Source: Orbicella franksi
Lineage: Eukaryota
Length of the DNA: 64,000 bases
NCBI GenBank assembly: GCA_964199315.1
Contig: OZ116712.1
Location: 1,364,001-1,428,000 of the forward strand
Direction: 5' to 3'
The position numbers and the translations under genes were made by a program. Shown here piece by piece: positions 1 to 12,200 of this stretch. Within the stretch, counting starts at the first letter, position 1; each line of letters opens with the position of its first letter. The notes beneath the pieces were generated by a model that was not told where the DNA came from, did no database searches, and was given only the letters and a program-made list of their open reading frames with translations.

Positions 1-604
1 GAGATTGGCTGAGTCTACAGTCTAATTGGTAAGTACAGTAGTTGGACAGGTAAATTTTGCTTTTATGACACCTCAGTTGAAAACCCCTCTATTGGAAGAG
101 ACAATACTTATTGTCATATGGGTCCTTACCAGTAGTACAATAGAGCTCCAAGCACTGGTTGTAACATGCAGTGATGAAGAACACCACTGAATGGTGTGTT
201 AATTAAAGGAGGCAATACTTATTAGGTGGACATGCGACCCTGGAGCAGGGATCAATATTCATTGGAAACCAACCTTACAACTGCTCTGTTAACAAGCAAG
301 ATAGTCCCAAACATTAAATATGACCACCATTTTTAGATCAAACAAAAGATCACTCTTTTTTTTATAACTGAAAATACCTTTAATCTGACCACTCTGTTAA
401 TAAGACTGGTGACCACCTGTTAGAGTCCACAAACTTTATTTCTTTATAAAATACATGTAAGTTTACTTCATTAACGTGAACACTTGAAAAAAAAGGTAAG
501 TAAAAAAATAATAAAAAAAACTAACTAAAAATTGTGTCAAATTACAAATGGGATTAGACCAAAGTATCACAATTTGAACTACCCAGTAAAAAAAAAAATA
601 CAGT

Positions 605-992
605 CCTGGCCTGAGTTGTTCGAAAGATAGATAGTGCAATCCACTGGATAAATCACTATCCAGCGGATAGCTTGTGCAGGTTTGTTTAGTTACTGTAACT
701 CTTATACACTGGATAGTGATTTATCTGGTGCATAGCATTAGGGAGCTTAAGCACAGACGTTTTTTAGCCACGGACGTCAACCGGAAGTTGAAACTTCTCC
801 TCTTCAACAAGCATTACTCCCTTTTCATTGAAAATGTCAAGTTGTAAATGCTAAAATGAGAGCTTTGTAACTCACTTGTCAGGCATGAAAACATGCTAAA
901 GGCAAAAACAATAACTTCCGGTTGACATCCATGGCTCAAAAATGTCTGTGCTTAAGCCCTCTAATATCCAGCCTTTGAACAACTAGGGCTGG
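605..992. mobile_element. MITE (GTTGTTCAAAG/GGATAG type) with a second MITE inserted at 741-961
   Basis: Outer TIRs ctggcctgagttgttcgaaag / ctttgaacaactagggctgg; inner TIRs gggagcttaagcacagacg...ccggaagt / acttccgg...tgtctgtgcttaagccctc. Confidence 0.7.
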
Positions 993-1099
993 TAATTTGT
1001 TATCCAGTGAAAGTCATATAAGAGGTGTCAAAATACTGAACGTCAAATGCTTCAGTCAGTATTGGCAAAGCAAATCAGAATTAAGGGAATGAAACAAAC

Positions 1100-4000
1100 C
1101 TGTAAAGCTTTTAGCATAGGCTTGGCTGAGAGCCAAGTGGAGCCTCGCATGTCCAGCACAAGACTAAATCCAAGTTCTCGTTCATGATCGCTGAAATTAA
1201 ACAAACAAAGTAATGTCACTTAATAATACAGCTTAACCCTGTTATAGTTGAACCCCACTATTTTGAACTCTGAGAGGAAAAGAAATCAGTAGTAATCGGA
1301 ATAGCACGGGTTCAAAATAACTGGATCAGCAGTAAATATGAAAATAATGATTAATGCTAATTATTATGTAATCAAAATGATAGAATGTATTAATCTTTTT
1401 TAACTGACCAAGGGTTGGAAGAAAACACTTCATGACACTTCATTACAGTTCATTACAGTTATGTACTGTATGAGATAATAGTGCAATGAAAAGCCCAAAT
1501 TGAAGTTTTCCAGCTATGTTCTAACATGGTCTGATGTCACGATGATGTCTACCAATGGAGTTGGAAATAAACAGGGTTGATTTTAGGCCAAGGGAAACCC
1601 AAATCAGTTTGAGACAGCTGGAAGTTTGAAATAACCAAGAATTAGATCGAAATAGCTGATAATAAATGACAGAAAAACCAAGGGCAAAACCAAGAGCAAA
1701 TCCAAGAAAAATCAGTTAAATAATGGGGAATTAAAAATAATCGAGTTCAAATTAATGGGATCCAACCATATTAATACTAAAAATGATTGTGCTGGACAGG
1801 TATCTCATCGACAGGGGAAAGTAATACATACTCCAAGTCACTTTATGTAATAAAGCCAGAGTAAAGCAAAGCCTATGTGGAATACACGGGCAGTGTCGAG
1901 ACTTTACGTTTACTAATAGTTAAAAAATAGCTCTATTACATGCGTCAATGTCCAGAGATCACAAGTACAGTGTATGACCAATTTAACAGTGTTTTTACAG
2001 GATATTATAGGCCTATGCAGCTCACTGTCATGTGACTGACATTCACAAAGAGAGTTTGTACCGTGAAATTGAGGCTAGTGTCATGAAATTAGCATGACTG
2101 TTAATGTTGATGTTTGATGAAAGTTCAAATAAAAGATTTTTAAGGCCCAGTTGAACAGACATCATGCTTCTGCCATGTCGAGCTAATTCAGGAATTAAGT
2201 TTGACAAAAGCACAACAGAATTAGAGCATCTGAATCAAACTTTTGATTAAAGTTTAGCAAGCAATTACATTCAAAAGTTCTGCCGTGCTACATGACCCTG
2301 GCACAGCAGCGATTCTAAAGTTGTGCTTCTGCCACGCCAAACAAAATTCATGAATTGTAATTAATGTATTTTGGCAGGATTATGCTCCCATGGGGAGTTA
2401 TGAGGAGAATTGTTACGAGGCTTCAGTAAATCCCGAATTTGGTATAACCCTGGCACGATATCTGAATCAGAGTTCTGTCTCTACCATGCGCCTGTCAAAC
2501 CTAATAATTGCAACTAAGTTTGGCACAGCAAAAGCACACGTTCGTCTGACCTGGACCTAAGAAAAGAAAGTCACTGGGTGAAAATAATTTTCTCATACTA
2601 CACAAATCAAGCAAGTTGGATTTTTACACTGTAAGTAATTTGATCAAAAAATCCTCGAGCAAAGCACTAGATGGTGAGACATCATCCATTTTCTTATTAA
2701 GTTATGCCAGAGCGCAAATCATAATTCCCTCTAAGTCTTTAGTATTTAGAGTTAAGAGTTGTTGCCTTGTTATTAGAAGGAATTTGTGAAATGTAAACAA
2801 AAATAAAGATTTGTTAACATTAATGGTGGTAACAACAACAGCTACAACATCTGATTGTCTGCTGGCTATGATAAGCTAGCTTAATCTAGAAAATAATAAT
2901 TCTTTGCACGGCTCTTTGAATTTTTAAATTAGCTCATAACTTTTGCTAACCCTTCAACCTGTTCTTTACACAGCTCTCAAGAGCCTCTATAAGTGGATGC
3001 ATAGTTAGTAATATAAACCTGATGGCATTGTCTCAATTTTACTTTGTTTTCTAAAATGCTAGCAGAAATAACAGATATCTACTCACTGACAGTGAATAAG
3101 CTAACCTTGTAAAACCTCTCAACAATGAGCTTGTACAACTGCTTGTAATCTTTCAAAATTACATTCATGACTTGTGCACATAAAAATATGACCATCTGAA
3201 ATTTCTATAATCCCTTTTAATCATTCAAAAACCAGACAAATCTTTGTAAAGGCTCCTCATTGACTAGTACATACAATGTACGGCCTTGGATTATTGTTTC
3301 CTAAATGATTTGTTCCTATTTAAAGGTTCCTTAAACTTCTCAGACAAAAACACCATAAGGCGTTAATCATAAAATTTCATCTTACAAATTTAATTTAAAT
3401 CTGTCATCACATCCTTTTCATTCTACAGATTTCAGAATTAGGAGAATTTAAAAATTGCTGGTGCAATGTAAAAATTGTCACAACTTCAAAATTTTAAACC
3501 ATGCAAAAGATTCTGAGAGTGATAAATTTTACGAACACTTTTTTAAAATCTCTCAACATGACCTCTTACACATAATGCATTTCTCAAATTTAACAACTGA
3601 AGCAATTTTCAAATTATTGCTAAAATGTCAAAAAAATTCCCAACACTGTCAGATGTTATCAAATCTTCTCTATAGTCCAGAGCAAAAAATGTCATGAATT
3701 CAATTTGGTTTGTAATGAATGCTGCAGCCATTTGCAATGCACTAAAACAAGAAAGTAAAACAGGGGTCAAAAGATTTCCCTGGATTGTGCATAATAACTT
3801 TAAAATTACCCTAGCTAGGAATTTAAAACACTTACAACTACAGCAAAAAAAGTAGTAAACAAGAATCGACTGTACCTCAATTATTTGAAGTTCAAACACA
3901 AATTTAAAACACGTGTGTATAGGCCATACTTCCGCAAAAAATGAAAAGGCAAGAAATCCCATGGAGAATATGTTCGCAGCTTGCTACAATAATTTTAAGG

Positions 4001-6651
4001 GATCAACATAAATTTTACTTAAAGTTACATTTTGTTTTGAATACAGTGCGAATGAGAAACAATTAATTGTGGGTTTCTGGAACCTCCAACAGAGATTTTA
4101 CCCATGTGTGATATGAAACCCAGTGTGATGCCTACAAAGTCCGAGTAGTTCTACAGATTGCAAGCCTCACACATCTACTGGACAGAACCTGTTCAAAAGT
4201 CAACTGTATTGTGTTATGGCAAAGCACTTTGAAAGCATAAAAAATATTGCTTTTTCTAGCATTTTGACTCAATAAATCACTCCAAAAGAAACAGGTGTAA
4301 TCTCTAGAAATTTGTAACATGCAAATTTAGTTACATGTATGTCAATAACATTGGTGACTTACAGTGTGGCCAAAGATAATTTTCCCTCCTTGCAGCTATA
4401 CAAAACAAAATTTCACCTCACCAGCAAAGTATACACTTTCAAACGCTATTTATCAAAAACACTTACTCCTCAAAATTTCTTACAACAATTGTTTGTATAA
4501 GCCGAAAAAGATTTTTCGGAATAAATAATTAATTTAATAAATCTTGAATAACCTGAAAGAGTTCAGAATAATAAGGTACATTACTAGTGAGGGTAATTTA
4601 ATTAACTCAATGAATTTTTTGCAATTTGATCCAATGATGACAGCCGCGGAAGAGTTCAAAGCTTGCAAAAAAAGTTTGTTGGAAATTACGATTCACAAAA
4701 TAGATGGACATCATATCAAGTGTAGTAATAACAAAATGAGATCAAAATTTACGCGATCTAACGAAGTCAAATTACTTCTAAACTCGTTAAATTAAACCTC
4801 TTCCCGGTTTCGGAGCTGTTCTCGACGCAAAACAGACTTGGAATATGATATGCGGACGAAATGACCGATTGCGTGAATTGGAGGAAAAAGATCTCGTTAA
4901 TTATTTAGTGAAAGAAATTTACAAAGGCAAAACATACGTACTAAACCCACTTGCAGACAGAAAACAAAACAAAAATGGCAAGAAATATTCAGTAATCGCA
5001 TTTTTTTACAGAACTCCATTGAGATGTAAACCCTCTTAAAACAACAAAGTCGGGAAGGTAAACAGCGCCAGAAAATTACTATACACAACAGTCGCAGACA
5101 GACGTGAATTTGCCGTCATGCAATAACATTTTCAGTGATCGACTGTTCGTCGCGAAAATATGTATTCAGGACATTCACCGTTTTCGCGCATAAATTGTTC
5201 ATTCTACTGGGAAAAAGCACAAAATGTGTGCGTTAAAATTGTTGATGTCTACAAATTATGCCTATGTGAACGACACATGCCCTGAGGCAAGGTTGACAGT
5301 TCGGTTGGAAAAAAACTCTTGACAACCGCTCAAAGAATGTTTACGCTATAAACTGCCATCTCTTATTAGAATCACTCAGCTTGTCTTAAGCAGATTCTAC
5401 AAAGACCCGCTGTCCGGGTGTTCAATTACAGAAATTTCTTACAATTTTTATTGCGCAAATCTTCAAGTATCACTCCAAATTCAACTCAATATTTCTACAG
5501 AGGACAGATGGACCTTTCGACAGCGCGTGACAGGCAACTGTCCCGCAGCACGCCTGTTCTCCCTATGTATGAATTATCATTTCACAAAATAATAAAAACA
5601 ACCATTAAACTAACCACTTTCCTTATCAGGCTTTGCCATCTCTCAACATTATAATCGACTGCGCCGCACTTCAAAATGACAACTACAGATCAACTTCGCG
5701 AGTTTTCGTCTTTATATCAACAATACAGTGATAGAACACAAGACCCATAGTGTTCTCTCATTACATCGACTGTTGTTTTAAAACTGATCGACCACCTCGG
5801 TACCAATGAACCGGACAAAAACGTCAAAGAAAAGAGAAGTTATTTAGTTCCACAAACCTCGGCAAGCTTGCAAGATAGGCCAGTAATCGAGTTAAAGATG
5901 AACGTTCGATTTCTGCTGCTTTAGATCTTGCCGGAAACGATATGATAGGACCTCCTCGACGGTCTCTGCCTCCTAGAAAACAAATATTTCATAATTTACC
6001 ATTTTACTCCTGTGACACGGGGCTTTATGACAGTACCATCCTTAAAATCAAGGAACTAACGAATCAGAAAAGCGGTGTGCAAATTGGATATCGCAAATCA
6101 TTAAAGATTTGCGGTGAACTAGCTAAATTTATAATATCACCATAGTTATCGATCGGACGCGCTATATCGAGCATTTGTTGACTCCACACAGTTTTCGTAG
6201 TAAAAGTTTATCGCTTCGACAATTCAAACAGACCAAAGAACAATCGATTATAGAAGAGGAGAGGTGTAACTTCTCAGACAATTCATAGAATGACACCGTT
6301 GAATTCGACAATGGTTGAAGATGACCGCTACAAACATGTCACATGCGGGCTTACCGTACAAAATCGCAATTTTCTGCTGAAGTAAGTCGAGGATATCCTT
6401 AGCTCGCAATCCTTCCCATCTGCCTTCTCCTTAAAATATGAATAATTCGGTGAAAGAGAGGAAAAACACCACGGTAAAACACCAACAATAAAAAAGTTGC
6501 GCCACGGTTTGCCCCCACATGAGCCTCTCTCAACAAATACACTCTCTCAGCCGGCGTGTTTCCAGAACTCTGAAAAACATTTACCTGAGCTGAATATTGA
6601 GGACAAATCGCTGTCTGATGAGGCAGTTGACCACCGTTCTGGTGTATTCAT
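1100..6651 (-). CDS. TRIO: Trio/Kalirin-like RhoGEF, 5' coding exons (N-terminus and SEC14/CRAL-TRIO domain); gene continues beyond the left edge
   Basis: GT-AG exons 6585-6651, 6355-6429, 5858-5972 and 1100-1190 splice in frame to MNTPERWSTASSDSDLSSIFSS-GEGRWEGLRAKDILDLLQQKIAILYG-GRDRRGGPIISFPARSKAAEIERSSLTRLLAYLASLPS-DHERELGFSLVLDMRGSTWLSAKPMLKALQ, matching Trio/Kalirin LPILKEKVAYLSGGRDKRGGPILTFPAR...GFTVIVDMRGSKW. Trio and Kalirin cannot be told apart (probably the pre-duplication orthologue). Confidence 0.88.
2144..2557. mobile_element. PIF/Harbinger-like MITE
   Basis: Imperfect TIRs GGCCCAG.../...CTGGACC flanked by TAA on both sides (2141-2143, 2558-2560). Confidence 0.6.
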
Positions 6652-6744
6652 ACTCTGTTTTATCGTTCGTACTTCATTCTGTTAGCTTTACGATGACAGT
6701 TTTGGCTACGGGAAGCCATCTTTCCTGCTGTACTCCCGTATTGT

Positions 6745-6765
6745 AGTCGTGTGACGTCACGCGTA
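6745..6765 (-). promoter_or_regulatory. Putative proximal promoter of the Trio-like gene with a palindromic CRE
   Basis: TGACGTCA at 6752-6759, about 100 bp upstream of the ATG (6651), in CpG-rich sequence. Confidence 0.35.
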
Positions 6766-9061
6766 ACGAATTATGATAATTTATGCAAAGTCACAACTTC
6801 TCGTCTGTCATGTCATCGACAGGAAAAGATTCATATTTTACACTTGACAAAGTGATAGCTTCACCTCTGCCTGAAAATTTCTTCTCTCAAATTTCATCTA
6901 TACATATCACTGGAAAATAAATTACTTTTTATTTTCAGAATTGGGCCTCTCCCTCTTTCTTTTACGATGTGAAACATCCGGTAAAAGAAAAAAGCGATCA
7001 CTTTAGGAAATTAGGAGCGAAGCTCTTTCGCACATTTCGGAAGTTCAAAAATGTCTGCCCTCATTTGACCTCGCCTGAAAGGAAGGCCGCTACACATCAT
7101 CGCAGCTAAGTGATACTTAAAATTGCTACGTGCAATTTTGGGGCCAAAAATTGGCTCAAAGTCCTACAACCTATCGGTTGTTTTTCCCAGTTGAGAATTT
7201 CGTGGAAGTTTGTTCAGAATCGCGTGCACAAGGTTTGTTGATGTAAATAAAAGGATAATTATCTCACTTAACTGCAATATAGTTGATCTGATTGTATTGG
7301 CTAAAAATAACTTTTTACTGTGGGTAAAACCATTGCCTACCATTGTAAAACTACATCGTGTGACTAGACAGAAGACAGCGGTGTACTTTTTTGACGAAAA
7401 CCTTGGCCGTAACAGTGAAAGCTTACAAAGTAGTTTCAAAGCAAACGACAGAGAAAACGGCATACTGAAATATAGATACAAGACCGACCTCCAAGCCGCT
7501 CGTCTTTCAATACGACATGACCGCAAAGTGGTTTATCGAATCTTAATACTGGTGCGGTTTCACAAAGAATCTGTATAAATTTGAAAATGTACGATAAAGA
7601 CCTTATGAATAACTCTGATCTTTTAAGCAATTAAAATGTTACTTTCTTGAAAGATAGTTCTATTTTTCTTTCGTTCACGCGACCCAACTGGTTCAGCTAC
7701 ACGAGCTTTCGGCAAGATCAGAAGACCCACAGCAGTCATAGCACCTAAGACTTTGACTAACCAGAAGGATATAATCCCTCTCTTTAAACATTTGTTTGTT
7801 TTCGATTACAGCGTTGGTCAGATTTCTGTCGTTTGCAGAAATGACATATCCAAACGGATGGGGTGGAGGAGGGGGGGAGGGGAAATGAATGGGTCACGAA
7901 AAAGCAAAAGGACGTTTTAAAATGTCTGTAGAGCTAGCAAGTCTATAGACGCAATTCGGCACCGAAGACGAGGACACAAGTTAAAAACCGTAGAAAATCA
8001 AATACAGAAAAGCTGAATCCTTTTTATTCCCACCTCCAACCCCCCAACAGAGATCTGCCCTCAGGCGCGGCGTTAAATCGACAAAAATTTTCACTGTCTA
8101 ACACTTAGAGATAGCAATGAAATATAGGACTGTGATATTTTTTACCTCTCTCATCACTTATGTGCAACTGAAAATCAATATTAAGAAAAGTTAGTTTTCT
8201 CTTGGCACAATCAGCGCTTAAATGGTCCTTTATCAGAGTATCGGATCGAGTGATTGAGGTTTTCGAGGCGCCAAAGTTGTCATTAAATGATCAATCTTAA
8301 ATTTCATCCACGCACAATTTACAGAGCGAAATAACCCGCAGAAATAAATTACGATCATTTCAAGAATAGTTAAAGTATTCGGACTCGAGAAGATGAGAGT
8401 GCCATTATTTATGTACGACAATTGGATTAAAGTTAGAGACAATAAAATCTCCTATTGTGCTTTGTCTGTTTGAATTCGGACCACGCTGCGCAGTCCGATC
8501 TCGAAAATCAATGCAAAGGGCAAATAATCTTCACACAGGATGCACGCTTTTGTGACTCTTGTAGATTTTTGCGTCGGCTGTCCGGGTTGAGAAAGGAACA
8601 AATGTGATCAAATTCCGCCGGAAGAAAATGAGTTTATCCTGCTTGGTGGAAAATAGTGGGAAAAGGGCAGAACAACGAGAGAGAAGAACAAGTCACTAAT
8701 GCTTATGATGTCTTTGATTTTGATCCTGATTGTTTAAAAAACAGAAAAGTCTCTTCGATTGTTTAAAGCAGTTCCCACGAGGTTTAAAACCCAATCATAA
8801 CACTCGCAAACGCAAATCTGGCACAGGTATGTAAACTTTTTTTTTTTTCAGCCAAAACACAATGACCTTTGCTTGTAAATCCCCGAACTACTCTTTGTAT
8901 TGATATTCTTCAGAATATTTCTTTAGTTCAAGAATTGCACAGTTATTAATTAGTCAGTAACACTCTTACTTTGAAAAATGGAGGGAACAGTTTTAAACCT
9001 CTTAGACATTTGCCGATGTTGTTGACAAAGTAAAGCCTTTTAAAGTGCAACTGACTCATAC

Positions 9062-9250
9062 TAGCTCTCGGCGCTAAACTCCGGTTTCTGTGGTATGGAG
9101 AGGCCGGTAGTATAACTTCTCCCCCTGGGTGGGATGCTAGTCCATCGCAGGGCCCCAGCATTTAATTCGCCGGTACCCATTTATACACCTGGGTGGATAA
9201 TCTAGAGAGGCACTTTTGTCTTGCCTAAGAACACAAAATAATGGCCCCGT
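9062..9250 (-). mobile_element. SINE-family copy (shared with about 20850-21020, 36890-37110, 63585-63810)
   Basis: Shared core gggatgctagtccatcgcagg...cccagcattaaatt...ggtacccatttatacacctgggtgga...gagaggcac...gtcttgccyaagaacacaa. Confidence 0.65.
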
Positions 9251-12200
9251 CGACTTCCATTTTGATGACAAAGACATGATTAATTATACAAGATATGCTC
9301 AACCTGTTCCAAGGATCTTCTTGATGTTCTCTTCCAAGAAGAAGACGCGAAATTGAGACCCTGGGATGTTGTTGGGACGTATCTTTTCTTCCAGTGTTAA
9401 GTTGCGTCGAAAATCGTGTGGAGGAATTTCATTTTCGTTCAATAAAGCTAAACAACTAAAAACAATGAGTTGTTATCACAGATAATTCCGTTTTGTCGAG
9501 AGGGGATTTCCTCCGTTGATTTTTGATACTCTTTCCCCATTTTACTGTAGTTTCCTTTTCTAAATAAACGTACAAATATCTATGTTCGTAAAGAGTAAAA
9601 ACCCTTTCAGTGCGAAAAGTTCTAAAAGTTATCGAACCCATTTAAGTGCTATTTACACGGGCAGTCACTAGAATGGTTTACTTTTGAGTTTGATTTCACT
9701 TTGTTAGTCGAAAGTTCTTGACATAATCTAACTCTGTAATCTAACTTTGTATTCTCAAGGTCCTCAAGTAACACAAGGCGAATGTATATATGCTCAATTT
9801 TTATACCAGAGATTTTGTTAGTTTTTGGTTAGTATTTATAGCTAAAAGAATTTAAAAGAGGCGATTAACTGAGCTTGAACATCCGTGGTACTGCGAAAGA
9901 ATCGTGTTCTTTTCCGTATAAACAAACAAAGTACAGTTTGGGTGGAGTTTCCGGAATAAAGACTACTTTTAGCTATTCTTCTTTGTTTTAAAATCTAAGC
10001 TTTCAAGAAATTACACAATGACTCGCCAAAGTCGCCAAAATTTTGAATCCCTCTTGAGAACTTAAGGTGTAAATTGGCGCCCTTGTCGAGATTACTGGAG
10101 TTGATACAGGGTGGAGAAATGGAAATTAAACAGACCTACAAAAAAAACCCGTTGTTTTGAAATAAATGGTTTCAGTTTAAATGTGTTATATGTGTTTTAG
10201 TAATAAAGTGGTTAGACTTTAAGTCATAAGTGATAATTCTGATGAATTTATTTTCTTGCCTATTAATGATGGTCGAAAATGGATCAACATGGTCAAATAT
10301 TCAAAAATACCAATTGCAATCGCAAGTAATTTCTGTAAATTGGAAGTTTTGGAATCTGCAAAGGTACTTTTAATGTCACTTGATTATTTGAGAACTCAGT
10401 TTCTGCGCGAACGAAATGGATCCTAATAATTTAAGGTGCTTCGTATATTTGTCTTTGGATCCTCGTTCTTCCAGTGTCAAAGTTTGCAGAAATATAATTA
10501 ACCCTTAGATATACAGTTGAAAATTCGTTAAGGGGAAGTACAAGTCTGCAGCCCAGACTTGTAATAGAGAAATCAGCAAGCTTTGCAGATAAATAATTGG
10601 CCTTGTAATTCCACATAAAAGCCATATTTTTTTGCCACCGACGGCGGATTTTACCGCGAGGTCAAGAGCATAAAATTAAGTCGAAACGCGCACAAACAAG
10701 TTACGTTGACAAGTTTTGTCAATTTATATTTAAATAACGAAGCGTAACATGACAAGCTCCGGCAAGTCTCTCTGAAAAGCCATTAAGGAGCAATGAGAGC
10801 AAAACGTTTTGTGTTAGTTTTTATGTTTACCGAGCAAAACCGCTTTCCTCGACAAGTCTCGATGAAATGAACGCTAACAGAACAAAAAATTCCACGACAA
10901 CTAATCTTTGGCAACGTTTTAACAAGGACATTTGTCAAATCAAAGCTGGTCTAGTTTGGCCTTTTAGAAGACGAAATAGAAGCCCTTTTTTTCCGGTCCT
11001 AAATAAGAGAGCATGAACTTAGTAAAGGAGCAAGTTACTCGTTCTAAATCAGTGCGTTGGCGTTTTAGTGTACGTGAGAACACGCCGAGTAAGGTCGGAT
11101 CAAAGGATTCACGATCAAATGACTCGTAAGAGTCATTGTAACCAAAATCCCGGCCCTTCAGTGCGCAATGAAGCTTAATGAATATAAATAGTGAAGTTAT
11201 TGTTGTTGTGCGGTCTCTCTCAGGAGTATGTATTCAGTTTGTTAAGCAATATAATATAACAAAAAAAAAGGTTAGACCTAAGAGCAACATTTTATTTCGC
11301 GCTTTCTCTTACCTCGCAAGACAAGCAGCTTTTAAAAGGACAAGGCAATTTTCATAACTTAGAAGCAAATGCCATTATTTCAGTCGCAAATTGGAAGGTA
11401 ACAGAATATAATAAGTAACTTGCCGTTTTTAGAGGTACCCTTAGATCTTTGTTTGCTCATAATGAAACTAAAATGGTTTCGATTCCAAGTTCTTACATAT
11501 GTTTTGTCATTGTTGCTTTGCCAAAATAACTTTTCCTAAAGTTTCCAGAGTGAACGATAGCCGGAGGTCCGTAGGCGGAAAATGGCGGAGTTCAAAAAGG
11601 CATAAACCGTAGACAAGGTCTCAGTAACAGAAATATCAACATAATATATCACATTTCTCTAAAGAAGCCTTTCAAGTGCTTTTTTTCGCCGAAGAAGAGA
11701 CGCAAAGAATCAGATCAGGATGTTTAGCGCACGTGCTTGTGTTTTGCGTGGGTCTTCCCATGTGCTCGATTGCAGTTACAAAGATTTTATCACGGGAATA
11801 AGCCCCTGGTTTCCGGTGTATAGGTAACTCAAAAGTGTGTGGGAGGAAGTCGTTGAAGGCCTTTAAAAACCGCTAAATAAAAACATAGTTTGACTTTTGA
11901 TTGTGTTGATAACAAAATTTTCGCTTACGGGAATATTATCTTAGTGGAAATTTTATACAGACGACGGCTTTGCGCTTATCTGGACAAGGAGAACTGTTCG
12001 TCTAGGTTAAACATTGAGTACTATCTTTTGATTAGCCTGAACACCAAGAGATGATGGAGTCATGATGTCTTTATAAACTCTTTTCAAAAGCAGGGCAGTG
12101 GGTAATGTCGGCCCAATTTATATCGCTTTTGTGGATTGGTCGGACCAGTTCAGGCTGAAATCTGTTGAATTTATTTTAATGCAGAAGGCAGTACAAACAA

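Noticed and set aside
130-186. Small AG...GT-flanked minus-strand exon candidate after the Trio SEC14 exon
   Set aside because: The in-frame peptide (WCSSSLHVTTSAWSSIVLL) does not resemble the expected Trio continuation.
3455-4420. ORFs and scattered splice-like sites suggesting a nested gene in the Trio intron
   Set aside because: No consistent reading frame or recognisable product; AT-rich low-complexity sequence.
7164-7630. Overlapping 120-aa ORFs on both strands
   Set aside because: No motif or splice support; compatible with chance or a decayed repeat.
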